Below are positions 62,448-64,000 of a stretch of DNA of 64,000 bases, piece by piece (within the stretch, counting starts at the first letter, position 1; each line of letters starts with the position of its first letter). The translations under genes and the position numbers were made by a program. Location: contig JAGCSA010000042.1 of NCBI GenBank assembly GCA_017964405.1, forward strand, positions 1,738 through 65,737. Reading direction: 5' to 3'. A model generated the notes under the pieces. It ran no database searches, was not told the origin of the DNA, and saw only the letters and a program-made list of their open reading frames with translations. Source of the stretch: Bacilli bacterium. Lineage in GTDB: Bacteria; Bacillota_I; Bacilli_A; RF39; UBA660.

Positions 62448-62798
62448 TTACGAATCTCTTTTTTGTACATTCATTACTTTTTGAAGAAACTTATTTTTAT
62501 CGTTTCCCATATAAGATATAGTAGATCCTCCACGGATATTGACATCTAACCATTCCGGTTGTCCTTCTACATCGGTCCAACAAAATGGTTTATTTAACAT
62601 CCGATTGACTCTTTTCTTTAAAGTCTCTAGTGGGCTCTTCTTCATCTTCATTGGTCTACTATTATAAGTAACTTCTCTTAGCTTTTTATCGCCAAAATAA
62701 GTTTCTTTTTGATATTTATACCAAAATGGTTCTGCAACCATTTCACCATCCATATCAAAAACTACAATATGTTCGACCGTTCTCAGCCGACTACTCAT
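62448..62798 (-). CDS. hypothetical protein
   Basis: 116-aa clean ORF. No family recognised. Confidence 0.35.
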   Translation of the reverse strand: MSSRLRTVEHIVVFDMDGEMVAEPFWYKYQKETYFGDKKLREVTYNSRPMKMKKSPLETLKKRVNRMLNKPFCWTDVEGQPEWLDVNIRGGSTISYMGNDKNKFLQKVMNVQKRDS

Positions 62799-62861
62799 GT
62801 CTTTTCAACTCCTAACAGTGTTATATTATATCATAAAATGAGATTTTTTGCAAATTTCCTC

Positions 62862-63425
62862 TTATTTCGTATAGTCTTGGTATAGTTTTACCAATCGTTT
62901 TTTCTTTAATACCGGATCAATTCCTTCTTTGCTTATATCCTCATAAACTTTTTCAATTAAAGCTTCCATTTTGGGATGAAGAATGGCTTTTTCTTTTGCT
63001 CTTTTCCAATATTCTAATTGATATTCTTTCGTCCAATTCTTTCCTTGATAGGTCATTCCTGCTGCTAAGGAATCACAGATTAACTCTAAGAAATATTTAC
63101 AAGGCATGATCGGTGCTGGTGTTTTCGCATTATAATCATACCAATATTCATAATGATGTTTATTATGATTCTTATGATGAATCCATCCAAGGGAATAGCC
63201 TTTTATTTCTTTGCATTTTTTCACAGGACTATATTTTCCTTCTTCAAAATATCTGGCTGTTTCGAAAAACTCTACTGGTTCATACTTTGATAAATCATGG
63301 ACCAATCCTCTCCAAGGAATTCCTACTTTACAACACAATCCGAACACTTTCCATCTATGTTTATTCACTACTTGGAAGTGTTTCCATAGTTTTTTGATTG
63401 TTAATGGATAATCTTCCTTTTCCAT
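62862..63425 (-). CDS. DUF5662-like protein
   Basis: Start at MEKEDYPL. GLVHDLSKYEPVEF and WIHHKNHNKHHYEYWYDY motifs match my recollection of DUF5662. Confidence 0.5.
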   Translation of the reverse strand: MEKEDYPLTIKKLWKHFQVVNKHRWKVFGLCCKVGIPWRGLVHDLSKYEPVEFFETARYFEEGKYSPVKKCKEIKGYSLGWIHHKNHNKHHYEYWYDYNAKTPAPIMPCKYFLELICDSLAAGMTYQGKNWTKEYQLEYWKRAKEKAILHPKMEALIEKVYEDISKEGIDPVLKKKRLVKLYQDYTK

Positions 63426-63462
63426 CCTATCACCAAACTCATTATAACATAAAAAAAGAACA

Positions 63463-63996
63463 TTACTGTTCTTTTTGATATTGATAAGCAATTTCCTCTT
63501 CTGGAAGTTCTTCTTCTCCAAACGATAGAAGAGGTGTTACATCACTTTCATAAATTACTTTTAAAGCATCTTGATACTTAATATTCTTTTCATGTCCATT
63601 ATCCATTAATAAAACAATAGCATCTCCTACTAATATAACTCCACGGATCCCTTGTTTTTCTAATAATACTTCTCCCATTTCATCTGGTGAATAATTGATT
63701 TTCAATGATCCTTTGATATCTGGTAAATAGACACAGTATTCTGCTTTTGTATTTTGAAATGCATCTTTTAATACATCGATATTGGCTGCAAACCATACTT
63801 CTTTTGAATCATTTGGTTTATATTCTTGTTCTGTTTTCATAAAGTGAACTTTATGAAAAGGAATCTTTTTGGATTCAAGAATGTGATAAAACTCTTTTCT
63901 TGATAATTTACCATCTTTCATTAATAGAATTAATCGATCGATGTCATCACAAAAGAATGCCGTATCAAACTGCATTGGTATTTCTGTTCTTCCCAC
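63463..63996 (-). CDS. hypothetical protein; 5' end may extend beyond the window
   Basis: The frame stays open to base 64000. The track start is a GTG; an internal ATG (MQFDTAFF) lies at 63975. Confidence 0.35.
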   Translation of the reverse strand: MGRTEIPMQFDTAFFCDDIDRLILLMKDGKLSRKEFYHILESKKIPFHKVHFMKTEQEYKPNDSKEVWFAANIDVLKDAFQNTKAEYCVYLPDIKGSLKINYSPDEMGEVLLEKQGIRGVILVGDAIVLLMDNGHEKNIKYQDALKVIYESDVTPLLSFGEEELPEEEIAYQYQKEQ

Positions 63997-64000
63997 TTTA

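Overview
Low-GC (hand counts about 27-30% in coding DNA) Bacillota chromosome segment. Almost every gene is on the minus strand. The sepF-divIVA-(T-box)-ileS synteny, tRNAs with encoded CCA, and an N-domain-less clpB behind a CIRCE operator suggest an Erysipelotrichia-like lineage, which is my inference. Content is mainly housekeeping: ileS, asnS, pgi, ddl-murF, sepF/divIVA, clpB, an ABC-F ATPase and 7 tRNAs. Accessory genes are interspersed: a roughly 2540-codon cyclic beta-1,2-glucan-synthase-like gene, a membrane-anchored serpin, a GT6 blood-group-type glycosyltransferase, a secreted cell-wall hydrolase cluster, a hybrid histidine kinase and a HerA-like ATPase. I saw no CRISPR array, transposase, integrase or prophage. 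The most unusual element is a 700-bp ORF-free gap (46.7-47.4 kb). It is markedly more GC-rich than its flanks and has its own consensus promoter and intrinsic terminator. It folds into several GNRA-capped hairpins, so I read it as a roughly 620-nt structured ncRNA that I cannot assign to a family by eye. Two large conserved genes (ileS and the glucan synthase) each carry exactly one in-frame stop codon (TGA and TAA respectively), although the genome otherwise uses the standard code. All functional calls rest on motifs I recognise in the supplied translations. No database search or folding program was run.
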